Shown: positions 7,539-16,286 of the stretch, one piece after another
Layout of the letters: each line of letters starts with the position of its first letter
How positions within the stretch are numbered: position 1 is the first letter of the stretch
Origin: Escherichia phage vB_EcoM_ASO2A
Direction: 5' to 3' (one strand)
Length of the DNA stretch: 64,000 nt
Sequence record: MZ726793.1
Position numbers and translations under genes: made by a program
The notes under the pieces: model-generated
Told to the model about the DNA's origin: nothing
Seen by the model: only the letters and a program-made list of their open reading frames with translations
The model's database searches: none

Positions 7539-7778
7539 ATGATCACACCACAGCAAAACGAAGCAGCAATGGATCTTCTTGATAGTTTGTATTTCGATAA
7601 TTGGTATTCTGAATGTGAATGGATGAATATGCAAACTCTGAAAGAGAAGACAAAAGCGTTGATTACAGTAGATCAATTTCTTGCAGAGACGGAAAGAATG
7701 AATTATGATATGGCATCTCGCGCACGACGCGTTTCCATTTTCAATAAAATGTTAGCATTATGGGGAGGTAGAAAATGA
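7539..7778 (+). CDS. hypothetical protein (79 aa)
   Basis: ATG after taaagg; track start 7530 is TTG. Confidence 0.5.
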   Translation: MITPQQNEAAMDLLDSLYFDNWYSECEWMNMQTLKEKTKALITVDQFLAETERMNYDMASRARRVSIFNKMLALWGGRK

Positions 7779-8236
7779 GACAATTCACTATACTGGCAGC
7801 TTATGTGCAATGTGTTCACGATTATGTTAGTGCTCATACAGGTTTGCTGGAAGTTAATAGTAAAATTGAAGGCAATATGGGTACTGTCTATGTGCAACAT
7901 ACTTTATCCAATGTGCCGTTTAAAGTGTTCACTGTTGTAGCTGCCGATTACAATCGTGTAGATGTACGTTTCTTGGATCATAATTTTCGTAACGCACTAG
8001 ATAATATCGAAGATTATCTTCCCGTGAAACCTTTGTCATTTCCACCAAGTCGTGCAAATAATGTAGTGACAAACCTTAATGAAAGGAATGTGGCTATGCA
8101 CAAAAAAGTCCGTCAACTGAAAACGCTGATGGAAATGCAAGAAGAGATTGAAAAAGAACTAAAAGAAGATTTTGGTATGCTTCCAAAAGACGCTTTGAAA
8201 TGGTATGATGAACTAAGAGGAGAAAGTTATGAATAA
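7775..8236 (+). CDS. hypothetical protein (153 aa)
   Basis: SD ggggagg, ATGA overlap. Confidence 0.6.
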   Translation: MRQFTILAAYVQCVHDYVSAHTGLLEVNSKIEGNMGTVYVQHTLSNVPFKVFTVVAADYNRVDVRFLDHNFRNALDNIEDYLPVKPLSFPPSRANNVVTNLNERNVAMHKKVRQLKTLMEMQEEIEKELKEDFGMLPKDALKWYDELRGESYE

Positions 8237-8423
8237 AGGAACTACTGTATATTTAGTAACAAAGAATACCCCAGGCTGGAGCCAATGCAGCACTGTCCCT
8301 TACAAGATCTGTGCAACATTAGAACTAGCACAACGTGCAGAAGCAGAAGTGGATGCCATGCAATACAGCTATGGTGAGATCATTCCTTTTACTCTTGAAC
8401 AAGAAGGAGCATACAATGTTTAA
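8229..8423 (+). CDS. hypothetical protein (64 aa)
   Basis: SD agaggag. Confidence 0.55.
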   Translation: MNKGTTVYLVTKNTPGWSQCSTVPYKICATLELAQRAEAEVDAMQYSYGEIIPFTLEQEGAYNV

Positions 8424-8871
8424 AGTAGGGATTACTTATAAATTCAAAAGCGTTGCTGACCAAGGAGATATGGCAACACATGACAAAGCAAATATTGCTG
8501 TTTGCCAAGCGATTGGAAACGAAGTTTTCAAAGTTATGAATACAGATGATAAGTATGGTCATGTTCTTGAGTTTTATATCAATGGTACCCTCTATACAGC
8601 AGGTGTTACCCCAGGGTTTAATTCGTATACTTATTTGATTGATAACGAAGAATTTAAATATTTTGAAGAAGTAAAGGAGGAAACAATGGGTAAAGCAGAA
8701 CCACAATGGCATGTTGTGATCGTAGGATCAGAGTGTGTAGATGTTTGTTCTAGTTTTGAAAAAGCTTCTGAAGTAGCTACAAAAGCTAAGAAGGATTATC
8801 CGTCGAAGACGGTTGAGATTTACGCTCGTGTTGCAGTAGCAAACGCCACAATCACTATTGATAAGGAGTAA
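8416..8871 (+). CDS. MFK tandem paralog 1 (151 aa)
   Basis: SD aaggag then ATG 8416 (MFKVGITYKF); the C-terminal half (WHVVIVG..FEKA.E.A....P...VEIYARV) resembles the next gene. Confidence 0.6.
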   Translation: MFKVGITYKFKSVADQGDMATHDKANIAVCQAIGNEVFKVMNTDDKYGHVLEFYINGTLYTAGVTPGFNSYTYLIDNEEFKYFEEVKEETMGKAEPQWHVVIVGSECVDVCSSFEKASEVATKAKKDYPSKTVEIYARVAVANATITIDKE

Positions 8872-8876
8872 AGCCA

Positions 8877-9332
8877 ATGTTCAAAGAAGGTCATGTCTAC
8901 CGTTTCCAGGATGAAGATTATATGCGACTATATTCTACCTTTGATAACAGTATTGCGGCTATCATCGGAGAGAATTTTTTCGAGGTGTTGAGCACTGATG
9001 CAAATGGTAATATCTTGTCAATTGTTGTGATAGGGAGAGACGGTATTATCACTGCTAGTGATGGGGATCGTTACATAATCAATTCTGCTCATATAGATTA
9101 TTTTGTTGACGGTGGTATTCGTGGTGGTCGTGGAAAACCCCAAGAAGAACCTGTTGATACAACAAAAGAAGAGTGGTATGTTGTAATGACTGATGACACC
9201 TGTATTTCTGGGTTTGAAAGTTATGAAGAAGCTTTGAAAGAGGCAGCAGAGCATAAAATGTCTAATCCTACAGAAGAGGTTGAAGTTTATAAACGTTTGG
9301 TTGTTGCTACCATCGGCGTATCTTTTGTTTAA
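8877..9332 (+). CDS. MFK tandem paralog 2 (151 aa)
   Basis: SD taaggag; MFKEGHVYRF; WYVVMTD..YEEA.KEA...P..EVEVYKRL. Confidence 0.6.
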   Translation: MFKEGHVYRFQDEDYMRLYSTFDNSIAAIIGENFFEVLSTDANGNILSIVVIGRDGIITASDGDRYIINSAHIDYFVDGGIRGGRGKPQEEPVDTTKEEWYVVMTDDTCISGFESYEEALKEAAEHKMSNPTEEVEVYKRLVVATIGVSFV

Positions 9333-9344
9333 AAGGGGAATGTT

Positions 9345-9782
9345 ATGTTTAAAGTTAATGCTGTTTATTGTTTCAAAAGTAAAGCTGCCTGTGAAGCTTT
9401 CTCTATGATCTCTGATGAAAATTTCAAAATGGCAGCTTTGATTGAAGGGTCTTGTTTCCGCGTCGAGGATGTTAGTGAATCAGGGTCTGTTTGCTCATTG
9501 ATTTTATTGGACAGCGGGGATATTATTGAAGCTGGACAGTATCCGTTCAGAAGTTGGGAGATATTGTTAGCTCGCGGAGAGCGTAACTTTTTTATGTGCG
9601 TGTCTGCGGGGGAAGTTGTGAAAGAAACTAAGGATGTTTCTGTTTACAATTCTGAATTTATAAGTTATAGTGAGTATCAACATCTGGAAGGCATTGTTGG
9701 TCACTTGTTATCTCTGATTGACATTGAATGTGACCTGCCTGAATCATTGAAAGAAGAGTTGAAAGCATTAGATTTGTTATAA
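9345..9782 (+). CDS. MFK tandem paralog 3 (145 aa)
   Basis: MFKVNAVYCFKS N-terminus as in the two preceding genes. Confidence 0.6.
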   Translation: MFKVNAVYCFKSKAACEAFSMISDENFKMAALIEGSCFRVEDVSESGSVCSLILLDSGDIIEAGQYPFRSWEILLARGERNFFMCVSAGEVVKETKDVSVYNSEFISYSEYQHLEGIVGHLLSLIDIECDLPESLKEELKALDLL

Positions 9783-9809
9783 TGTTTCGCACAACGAAAG
9801 GAGAATAAG

Positions 9810-10109
9810 ATGAATCTGACCGAACAGTTACGCCGTATTGCAAAAGAAGCTTCCTTCAACTTCCCTGTTGAAGAAGTGATCGAGACATGTTTTGCTGAAG
9901 CACGAGCGGGGAATTCTTCAAGAAATTTCACACCATCTGATTTTGGTCTGGATAATTCCCCTACCCACCCAGGGGCGATCTACAATCAGGTGAAGTGGAT
10001 GGATGAAGCAGTAGCAATTCTTCGTGAGCGTGGGCTTATTGTTTATAAAGAAATGGATCTGAACGGGGCATACGAGTGGATCACTATTGATTGGTCCGAG
10101 GTGAAATGA
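9810..10109 (+). CDS. hypothetical protein (99 aa)
   Basis: SD aaaggag; C-terminal ..LRERG......I.W resembles 17732-18004. Confidence 0.6.
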   Translation: MNLTEQLRRIAKEASFNFPVEEVIETCFAEARAGNSSRNFTPSDFGLDNSPTHPGAIYNQVKWMDEAVAILRERGLIVYKEMDLNGAYEWITIDWSEVK

Positions 10110-10342
10110 TGAAAGGTAACAAGATGAAAGTTAATCAAGTGCCGAGCGCATACACTTTGTGGCTTGCGCGAGCGTTACACCAGACGATCAAAGACCCTAA
10201 GAAGCCAATGAAGAGTGGGAAGAAGTTTATGTCTAAGGGCAAAACAACCTTTGGCTTCACTCGTATGTCTGTTAAGATGAAAAGGCTGGGGTACAAGCCA
10301 AACTACGCTCGTTACCCTTCTGAATACAACTGGTTTGACTAA
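10106..10342 (+). CDS. hypothetical basic protein (78 aa)
   Basis: ATGA overlap with upstream stop. Confidence 0.5.
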   Translation: MMKGNKMKVNQVPSAYTLWLARALHQTIKDPKKPMKSGKKFMSKGKTTFGFTRMSVKMKRLGYKPNYARYPSEYNWFD

Positions 10343-10355
10343 AAGGAGAAAGACT

Positions 10356-10532
10356 ATGGCTACTTTTCAACAACTGAAAGATGTTTCACGTTTAGTAAGA
10401 AAAATCCGAGAAGCAGACGCTGCTGTGCGGAATGCATTAACGCCAGCAGAGCGTGAAGATCTTGAAGAGGAGGTGAAAACAGCCGAGAATGCTTTTGCTG
10501 TGTATCTTTCAACACTGTATACAGGAGGTTAA
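10356..10532 (+). CDS. hypothetical protein (58 aa)
   Basis: SD aaaggag then ATG 10356. Confidence 0.5.
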   Translation: MATFQQLKDVSRLVRKIREADAAVRNALTPAEREDLEEEVKTAENAFAVYLSTLYTGG

Positions 10533-10847
10533 ATGTCAGAAGAACTTAAAGAATTTTATCAAGCATATCATAACTGGCTGTTAGCTGGTGCTCCTGATAA
10601 TAATCCTTTCTGGCATGATAAAGGATTATGTAGTTGCCTCTACCTTTGGACTGGAGGTTATGATGATCTAAATTATGAAATGCAAATGCAATTCCGTGAG
10701 GCAGGATTGTCTGAAGAATACCCGTTTGATGACGGAGACTGGTTTAAATATGATTTTGCACAAAGAAACGGGCTGCTACATTTGAATGCTGCCCGTATAA
10801 AATGGGTAAAAGATCATGCTACACAGGAGGATGTGCAATGCCAATAG
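10533..10847 (+). CDS. GLC/WVKD paralog family, member 2 (104 aa)
   Basis: SD caggagg; FYQAYHNWL, GAP, GLCSC, EMQMQF, YPF, RIKWVKDH. Confidence 0.7.
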   Translation: MSEELKEFYQAYHNWLLAGAPDNNPFWHDKGLCSCLYLWTGGYDDLNYEMQMQFREAGLSEEYPFDDGDWFKYDFAQRNGLLHLNAARIKWVKDHATQEDVQCQ

Positions 10848-11038
10848 TGTTTAGTTTCTTGGTGATTGTTATGGTTGTTCTTTTCGCGGCATGGCTTTGG
10901 GATTTTGACCCAGGAGCAGCGCAGCAAAGAGCTACAGACTGGAAAGAACAATGTATTGTGCTCAAACATGAACGAAATGCGGAGAAATTTCTTGACCTGG
11001 AGTGTGATCGCCTTGTAAGATACAAGCAAGATAAATAA
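10838..11038 (+). CDS. small membrane protein (66 aa)
   Basis: SD caggagg; MPIVFSFLVIVMVVLFAAWLW. Confidence 0.55.
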   Translation: MPIVFSFLVIVMVVLFAAWLWDFDPGAAQQRATDWKEQCIVLKHERNAEKFLDLECDRLVRYKQDK

Positions 11039-11052
11039 CCTTGAGGTGCAAA

Positions 11053-11241
11053 ATGGTAATTGAGATTAAACTTGAATATGCTGGGGCTGTTGCCCTGATC
11101 GCACAAATGTTGGGAGCAAAGATTGAAGAAGTGTGTATCAATGCCTGGAGTGTAGAGATTAATGTTCCTATGGATAACATTGCTAATCGCTTGCTGGTAG
11201 CAGAGTGTGAACGCACCAACATAATCTACAAAGGAGCATAA
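11053..11241 (+). CDS. hypothetical protein (62 aa)
   Basis: SD gaggtg. Confidence 0.5.
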   Translation: MVIEIKLEYAGAVALIAQMLGAKIEEVCINAWSVEINVPMDNIANRLLVAECERTNIIYKGA

Positions 11242-11242
11242 T

Positions 11243-11464
11243 ATGAAAATTAGAGTTTGTGATGTATTGGGTTATGTTGGTTTTGAGAATGTTCAGATTC
11301 CTTTTGTTGTTGAAGCACATCTTGTTAGCGATGACATGACAACATTCTTTGTTACGATAGAAGAAATGTCCAAAGTTGAGGGATGGGAGTGGTTTGAAGA
11401 AGATGTTTGGGAAGGTTGTGATTACGTATTTTTCTCTGACGAAGTGAATATTCTTGCGGAGTAG
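11243..11464 (+). CDS. MKIR/DYVFF small-protein family, copy 2
   Basis: SD aaaggag; paralog of 7305-7526. Confidence 0.6.
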   Translation: MKIRVCDVLGYVGFENVQIPFVVEAHLVSDDMTTFFVTIEEMSKVEGWEWFEEDVWEGCDYVFFSDEVNILAE

Positions 11465-11466
11465 GT

Positions 11467-11673
11467 ATGTCTTGTTTTACAAAAGCAGTGTCCATATGTA
11501 AGAAACAATATGAAAGTGATTACGGAATATTTAATATTCCAGTAGATCATACAGAGTATTGTTCATGTGGTGGCAGAATGAAGAAAACAGTGATTTATGC
11601 GGATAATGGAGATGAACTTGTTCCGGTTGTGGTTTGCAAAGCTTGTCATTCTGTTAAAACATTAAAAGCGTAA
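11467..11673 (+). CDS. small cysteine-rich (zinc-ribbon-like) protein (68 aa)
   Basis: CSCGG ... CKACH. Confidence 0.5.
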   Translation: MSCFTKAVSICKKQYESDYGIFNIPVDHTEYCSCGGRMKKTVIYADNGDELVPVVVCKACHSVKTLKA

Positions 11674-11768
11674 GGAGTCGGGACACCCGACGATTGGAGC
11701 TAAAAATTTTGCGTACAACCCTTTCCGCCCAACAGGGGCGCGTCGGGTAAGTAAAGAGGAGAGTTTAT

Positions 11769-12167
11769 ATGAAAAAGATCATCGTAGGTTTCTTGTTACT
11801 CATTGCATCACTTGGAACAGCAAATGCGTCTCAAGTTTATGAGTGTGTGTCAGATGTGGTTGTTAAAAATCTGAAAGGTGAAGTGATTTCTGGTCCTAAG
11901 AAAATGGCTTCTGTTGTCATTAATAAAGATAACTCCTTTATCCTTAAAAATTCAGGTGGTGCTTTGATGAGTGGCATTCTGCAATACACAGGAGAAAAAA
12001 GTAAAGATGGTAGTGCTATGTATGGTTCACAACAGTTTATTGGCACTACTGAAGTTGTGATGATGCGCACAGAGTATCGAGACACTTTAGCTTGGTTTGC
12101 ATTTCTAAAAAATGATAAAACAATAACGAATGTTCTTACTCTAGAAGCTGATTGTACGCAACGATAA
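11769..12167 (+). CDS. secreted protein with N-terminal signal peptide (132 aa)
   Basis: SD agaggag; MKKIIVGFLLLIASLGTANA-SQ. Confidence 0.65.
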   Translation: MKKIIVGFLLLIASLGTANASQVYECVSDVVVKNLKGEVISGPKKMASVVINKDNSFILKNSGGALMSGILQYTGEKSKDGSAMYGSQQFIGTTEVVMMRTEYRDTLAWFAFLKNDKTITNVLTLEADCTQR

Positions 12168-12177
12168 GGGGGGATTT

Positions 12178-12633
12178 ATGACTAAAATGAGACATTACGC
12201 TGTAAACTGCAACGATGCTTGGCGTTTGTGTCCTGATGATCCGACAGAAGGCACATTTGTAAGATATGAGGATTATAAAGAGTTATCGGATGCTGTAATC
12301 GCATTGTTAACTGATATCCGTTCACGTTATCCAGGACAAGATTTCACTTGCCCTCACATCAAACTTCTTGCTTGCCTGGTAGAAGGTGAGAAAGAAGTGG
12401 AAGATGGCTTCAAGCGTGTAGAGTATCAAGGTGAAACTTTAGATGTTCCTGAATTTGTTAATTATATTGCAACAGATTCAAGTGGCGAGCGTTATGGTTA
12501 CACTCATAAACCGGAGATTCCAGATTTCGCTTATGCGTGGCGTATTCCTTATGAAGTTTTTAATGTTGCAGATTGCTGGTATTTAGGAGAAGGAAACAAC
12601 CTTAATTGGCGTGATTCCTTGTTTCAGGTTTAA
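12178..12633 (+). CDS. hypothetical protein (151 aa)
   Basis: SD aagggggg. Confidence 0.6.
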   Translation: MTKMRHYAVNCNDAWRLCPDDPTEGTFVRYEDYKELSDAVIALLTDIRSRYPGQDFTCPHIKLLACLVEGEKEVEDGFKRVEYQGETLDVPEFVNYIATDSSGERYGYTHKPEIPDFAYAWRIPYEVFNVADCWYLGEGNNLNWRDSLFQV

Positions 12634-12637
12634 CAAT

Positions 12638-12901
12638 ATGAAAGAGACATTGCCAGCAGCATACCGTTTGAATGATGAACGTATTTGGGAGTGGACCGAC
12701 GTTTCTTGTTTTTACCCTGAAATAGTTCAATATTGGCGAGCAAAAGGGTGTGTTGTAGTTATCAACCCATGTGGACCAGTCGATGAAGATTGCTTGTATC
12801 TCGATGGAAAGTGGCACAGTTATTGTCGCTGGCCTTTTGAGTGGATGTGTAAAGAAGATCTCCCAGAGGGTTGGGAGTATCCAAAAGCAAATAGGAGATA
12901 A
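12638..12901 (+). CDS. hypothetical protein (87 aa)
   Basis: ATG 12638; weak SD. Confidence 0.45.
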   Translation: MKETLPAAYRLNDERIWEWTDVSCFYPEIVQYWRAKGCVVVINPCGPVDEDCLYLDGKWHSYCRWPFEWMCKEDLPEGWEYPKANRR

Positions 12902-12902
12902 T

Positions 12903-13265
12903 ATGTCTAAAGATTTTGTTGAAATGTTTGTCAAAGATGAAGAAACTGGTTTAGGCACAGGTTTCATTTGTGAAGAAACCTTTAAACGTGAACAAGAAAA
13001 AGCTATTCTTATGCGAAACTATGATCACGCATTAGAACAATGGAAAAATGCAGAACAAAAATGCAAAAACCTTTATGCAGAAAATAGAAAACTACAAGAT
13101 CAAATGGAGTTGTTAGCTATCAGTTTACGATCTCTCATTTTGGCTGTAGAAGATGGTTTTAAAAATCCAGATGGTTTTCCTGTGAGCGATATTGAACATG
13201 ATTTGTATCTTGCTCGTGGTGCTTACTTCTATGTTAAACAGAAGTCTGTAGAAGGAGAGAAGTGA
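12903..13265 (+). CDS. hypothetical coiled-coil protein (120 aa)
   Basis: SD taggag; track ORF 12771 trimmed. Confidence 0.55.
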   Translation: MSKDFVEMFVKDEETGLGTGFICEETFKREQEKAILMRNYDHALEQWKNAEQKCKNLYAENRKLQDQMELLAISLRSLILAVEDGFKNPDGFPVSDIEHDLYLARGAYFYVKQKSVEGEK

Positions 13266-13462
13266 TGGAAGAAAAACTGGAACGTATTATCGAGTTAGCC
13301 ATGTCTATTGGCTACGACGATTGTTTTCTCCAAACTATTGGAGAAACAGAGAACGATTACGACTCTTGGGTGAAAGAGTTGGAAGAACTTAAAACTTCCT
13401 TGATTGCTGACTTTGCTAAAGCAGAGGATAAAGCAGATCGTTACAACTATCTGTGTCGATAA
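13265..13462 (+). CDS. hypothetical protein (65 aa)
   Basis: SD ggagag. Confidence 0.5.
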   Translation: MEEKLERIIELAMSIGYDDCFLQTIGETENDYDSWVKELEELKTSLIADFAKAEDKADRYNYLCR

Positions 13463-13465
13463 ACC

Positions 13466-13493
13466 TTGACATTTATTTTATGTATGGTATACA
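13466..13493 (+). promoter_or_regulatory. sigma70-type promoter
   Basis: TTGACA 13466-13471, TATACA 13488-13493, overlaps palindrome ATGTATggTATACATACAT. Confidence 0.45.
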
Positions 13494-13524
13494 TACATTA
13501 TCAACGTGAGCAAGGTGGTGTAAT

Positions 13525-13797
13525 ATGAATAAAGATCGGTTTCTTTCTTTAGTCGCGGAAGCTCCTTTTGATGTTCTTGGGGTGAGATTATGGAAAGACA
13601 GAAACTATGGGTTAGATGTTCAAACATACTCTCTTTGGTTGGTTGGGGAGCACAGCTTAGATGAAAGCTTGTGCATGGGTAGGGATTCTCGTTCCCTCTG
13701 TTTAAAGTTCAGAAGCTTAGAACGCGCAAACAAAGAGCAAGAAAAACTAACGAGGTGGCTAAATGAAAACAAGCGCAAGGTTGATGGAGTTTTATAA
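13525..13797 (+). CDS. hypothetical protein (90 aa)
   Basis: SD aaggtgg. Confidence 0.55.
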   Translation: MNKDRFLSLVAEAPFDVLGVRLWKDRNYGLDVQTYSLWLVGEHSLDESLCMGRDSRSLCLKFRSLERANKEQEKLTRWLNENKRKVDGVL

Positions 13798-14089
13798 AAT
13801 TTATCTAGCATGGATTGATGTTGGTGCTCCTGATGGTAAACCTTTTCGGCGGGATTGCGGTTTGTGTGCCAACTTATTCGACTATGTGCACGCGGATGGC
13901 TACAATCCCCTTATAACAACCTTGTCAGATGAAATGCACGCACAGTTTTACCACAAAGGGTTAAGTCAAGAATTACCCTTCAATGAGAACTACGATGCAT
14001 ATGTCTTAGAATCAGATGCAGAGGTATGTCACCTGAATGTGGACAGGATTAATTGGGTAAGAGATCGTATTGCAGAGGAGGATGAATAA
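13763..14089 (+). CDS. GLC/WVKD paralog family, member 3 (108 aa)
   Basis: SD gaggtgg; FYKIYLAWI, GAP, GLCAN, EMHAQF, LPFN, CHLNVDRINWVRDR. Confidence 0.7.
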   Translation: MKTSARLMEFYKIYLAWIDVGAPDGKPFRRDCGLCANLFDYVHADGYNPLITTLSDEMHAQFYHKGLSQELPFNENYDAYVLESDAEVCHLNVDRINWVRDRIAEEDE

Positions 14090-14316
14090 TGTCGGATTAT
14101 AACTGGTATGAACTTGAGGCTGTTTGTCAGTTTTATGACTCAATAGTTCTGCGTGATCCAATCTGTCAAGAATTGAGTCGCCGTGCAAGTGCATTGGCAA
14201 TCCGTGTTAAAATAAACGGTTGGAACGCAGATTTGGAAAAAGAGTTGGAATTTCTCTTAGAAAACACGCGGGTCTTCCGCAAAGTGTTCCCTGAATGGTT
14301 TGAGATGGAAGAATGA
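14089..14316 (+). CDS. hypothetical protein (75 aa)
   Basis: SD gaggagg. Confidence 0.55.
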   Translation: MSDYNWYELEAVCQFYDSIVLRDPICQELSRRASALAIRVKINGWNADLEKELEFLLENTRVFRKVFPEWFEMEE

Positions 14317-14531
14317 TCATGTGGATTGTGCGTCTTAAGTATGATGGCAAGTTTCCGTGGGAGAAAGATGTTTGTGCTTGTGATTCGGCAGCACATGCCA
14401 AAGCAGCGGGTCAGGCAGTAGTTGACATGTATAACAACACTTCCGTTGATCCAGAAATGGCAGGTGTTACAATGAGCATGTTCACTTACTATTCTTTTGA
14501 GGTTTACTATCATGAAGGAGAGTGGAAATGA
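14313..14531 (+). CDS. hypothetical protein (72 aa)
   Basis: ATGA overlap. Confidence 0.5.
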   Translation: MIMWIVRLKYDGKFPWEKDVCACDSAAHAKAAGQAVVDMYNNTSVDPEMAGVTMSMFTYYSFEVYYHEGEWK

Positions 14532-14848
14532 GCGAAGAACTATTAACATTTTACCGCACGTATTTGGCATGGTTGGAAGCTGGTGCTCCTGAAGGCGAAC
14601 CGTTCACCCGTTGCACAGGTTTGTGCTCGAACCTCTATGATTTTTACGATATGGGTGAAAGCGAACGATACGAACCCGTACTGGATGAAATGCATGAGCA
14701 GTTCTACCGCAAAGGTTTGGTTATGGTGTTGCCTTTCAACAGTAATTTTGGAAAGTACACCTTAGAAGCGGAAAAAAGCCGCTGTCACTTGAATGTGGAT
14801 CGTGTGAACTGGGTAAAAGAACGTGTAGCAGAAGAAATAATTGGTTGA
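14528..14848 (+). CDS. GLC/WVKD paralog family, member 4 (106 aa)
   Basis: SD aaggagag; MSEELLTFYRTYLAWL, GAP, GLCSN, EMHEQF, LPFN, CHLNVDRVNWVKER. Confidence 0.7.
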   Translation: MSEELLTFYRTYLAWLEAGAPEGEPFTRCTGLCSNLYDFYDMGESERYEPVLDEMHEQFYRKGLVMVLPFNSNFGKYTLEAEKSRCHLNVDRVNWVKERVAEEIIG

Positions 14849-14873
14849 CAGAGGGATCTATCTTTGTCATAAT
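14845..14873 (+). promoter_or_regulatory. sigma70-type promoter
   Basis: TTGACA 14845-14850, 17 nt, CATAAT 14868-14873. Confidence 0.5.
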
Positions 14874-14902
14874 CATCTCATCGAAACAGAGAGGAGAGAA
14901 TC

Positions 14903-15316
14903 ATGAAAAAGTTTATTTGCACCCGTTCCACTAACAGTGATATCCTTGTAGGTAAGGTTATCAAAGGAGAACTCTTCCATGCAAACGGTAAGAAATATAT
15001 TCTGCTGAAAGATTCTTTCAACGGGGAATATCCGCGCTGCACTTTCTTCAATTACAACACTCCATTTGCTTTAGAAGGAGATGCTTGGGATTGGGCTGAA
15101 CTCAATCCTTGTTGTGAGGAAGAAGAATCTATGTTCTTAGGTTTAAACGTTTACCGTGTAGATTACACCATGTGCGGAGCGGAACATTCTGTTCGCGTAG
15201 AAGCCGAATCCAAGCTACAAGCACCTTTCAAGGCGGGATTGACTTTGGGTCATTGTTTGGCAAACATTGAAGATGTTGTGATCCAAAGAGTTGTTTTAGA
15301 GAAAGAGGCTATTTGA
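14903..15316 (+). CDS. hypothetical protein (137 aa)
   Basis: SD agaggagag. Confidence 0.6.
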   Translation: MKKFICTRSTNSDILVGKVIKGELFHANGKKYILLKDSFNGEYPRCTFFNYNTPFALEGDAWDWAELNPCCEEEESMFLGLNVYRVDYTMCGAEHSVRVEAESKLQAPFKAGLTLGHCLANIEDVVIQRVVLEKEAI

Positions 15317-15341
15317 CAGAAAACGGTGCAATATTTAAAAT
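15313..15341 (+). promoter_or_regulatory. sigma70-type promoter
   Basis: TTGACA 15313-15318, 17 nt, TAAAAT 15336-15341. Confidence 0.5.
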
Positions 15342-15369
15342 ATAAAGATTAACCACAAAAGGAGAGAAA

Positions 15370-15669
15370 ATGCAAGTTGAAGACCTGATCCAGATTCTAA
15401 ATAAAGCCAAAGAGAAGGGTGCTATCAAAGACTGGAAACGTGAAACGAGTGAAGACCTATCTCACTGTTGCCGAGAATTTTACATCGAAGGTATTGCTGA
15501 CGATCATTATATTATCGAATGGTATATCAACTTAATGACTCTTAAGCACGGTTCGTTTGAGGTTTGGTTTGATGACATTGATGTAAATGGTTTTCATCCT
15601 GGCTATAAAATCGCTATGCAGTTATCTTATCGTAGAGAAGTTGTAGCACATTTGGGTTTACATAACTAA
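15370..15669 (+). CDS. hypothetical protein (99 aa)
   Basis: SD aaaggagag. Confidence 0.6.
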   Translation: MQVEDLIQILNKAKEKGAIKDWKRETSEDLSHCCREFYIEGIADDHYIIEWYINLMTLKHGSFEVWFDDIDVNGFHPGYKIAMQLSYRREVVAHLGLHN

Positions 15670-15679
15670 GGAGAAAAGA

Positions 15680-16003
15680 ATGCAAGCAGTTGTTAACGAA
15701 GCTATTATGAACTTATCCTTCTTGTTAGCTGGTTTAGGAGGTGTTCTCATAGGTTTGGCTCTTATCTGGTGTATTCGTCGATTAGTCGGGTACCGACAAA
15801 AAGGTGTTTCATGTTTTGTATCTTACAATTTTACAACTGCTTACAGCAATGAGGTTGGATCTGGCAATGCTCAAGCATTTTTACCAACATATCCTCCTAC
15901 GGTGGAAGATATTCGAAACTTGGAAGTAGAACTTATGGGACTAAGTGATAACTATACATCTCTAGTTATTCAAAATATTTTTCGACTAAAACAGGGGGCG
16001 TGA
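15680..16003 (+). CDS. membrane-anchored protein (107 aa)
   Basis: SD taaggag; LSFLLAGLGGVLIGLALIWCI segment. Confidence 0.6.
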   Translation: MQAVVNEAIMNLSFLLAGLGGVLIGLALIWCIRRLVGYRQKGVSCFVSYNFTTAYSNEVGSGNAQAFLPTYPPTVEDIRNLEVELMGLSDNYTSLVIQNIFRLKQGA

Positions 16004-16216
16004 ATGAAGGTACATTACCCTCATCCGTTTGATCCTAAAAACAAAGCCGTAATTCTTCGTCAGTGGCAACGGGTTTGTCGTACTAAATGTCCAATCAATA
16101 GCCCACACAATGTAGACAAGGACTATCTTGGGACATTTGTTGAATACACTTACATAGACAAAAACAAGCGTAAACAACATGTCGAGGAATACTGCTTAAG
16201 AGTAGAATGGCTGTAA
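16004..16216 (+). CDS. hypothetical protein (70 aa)
   Basis: SD aggggg. Confidence 0.5.
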   Translation: MKVHYPHPFDPKNKAVILRQWQRVCRTKCPINSPHNVDKDYLGTFVEYTYIDKNKRKQHVEEYCLRVEWL

Positions 16217-16228
16217 ATAATAAATACC

Positions 16229-16257
16229 TTGACAAATGTTTATTCGTTTTGTAAAGT
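16229..16257 (+). promoter_or_regulatory. sigma70-type promoter upstream of the recombinase
   Basis: TTGACA 16229-16234, 17 nt, TAAAGT 16252-16257. Confidence 0.5.
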
Positions 16258-16286
16258 GAGAATACAGCAATGGTTTAGGAGTGGTT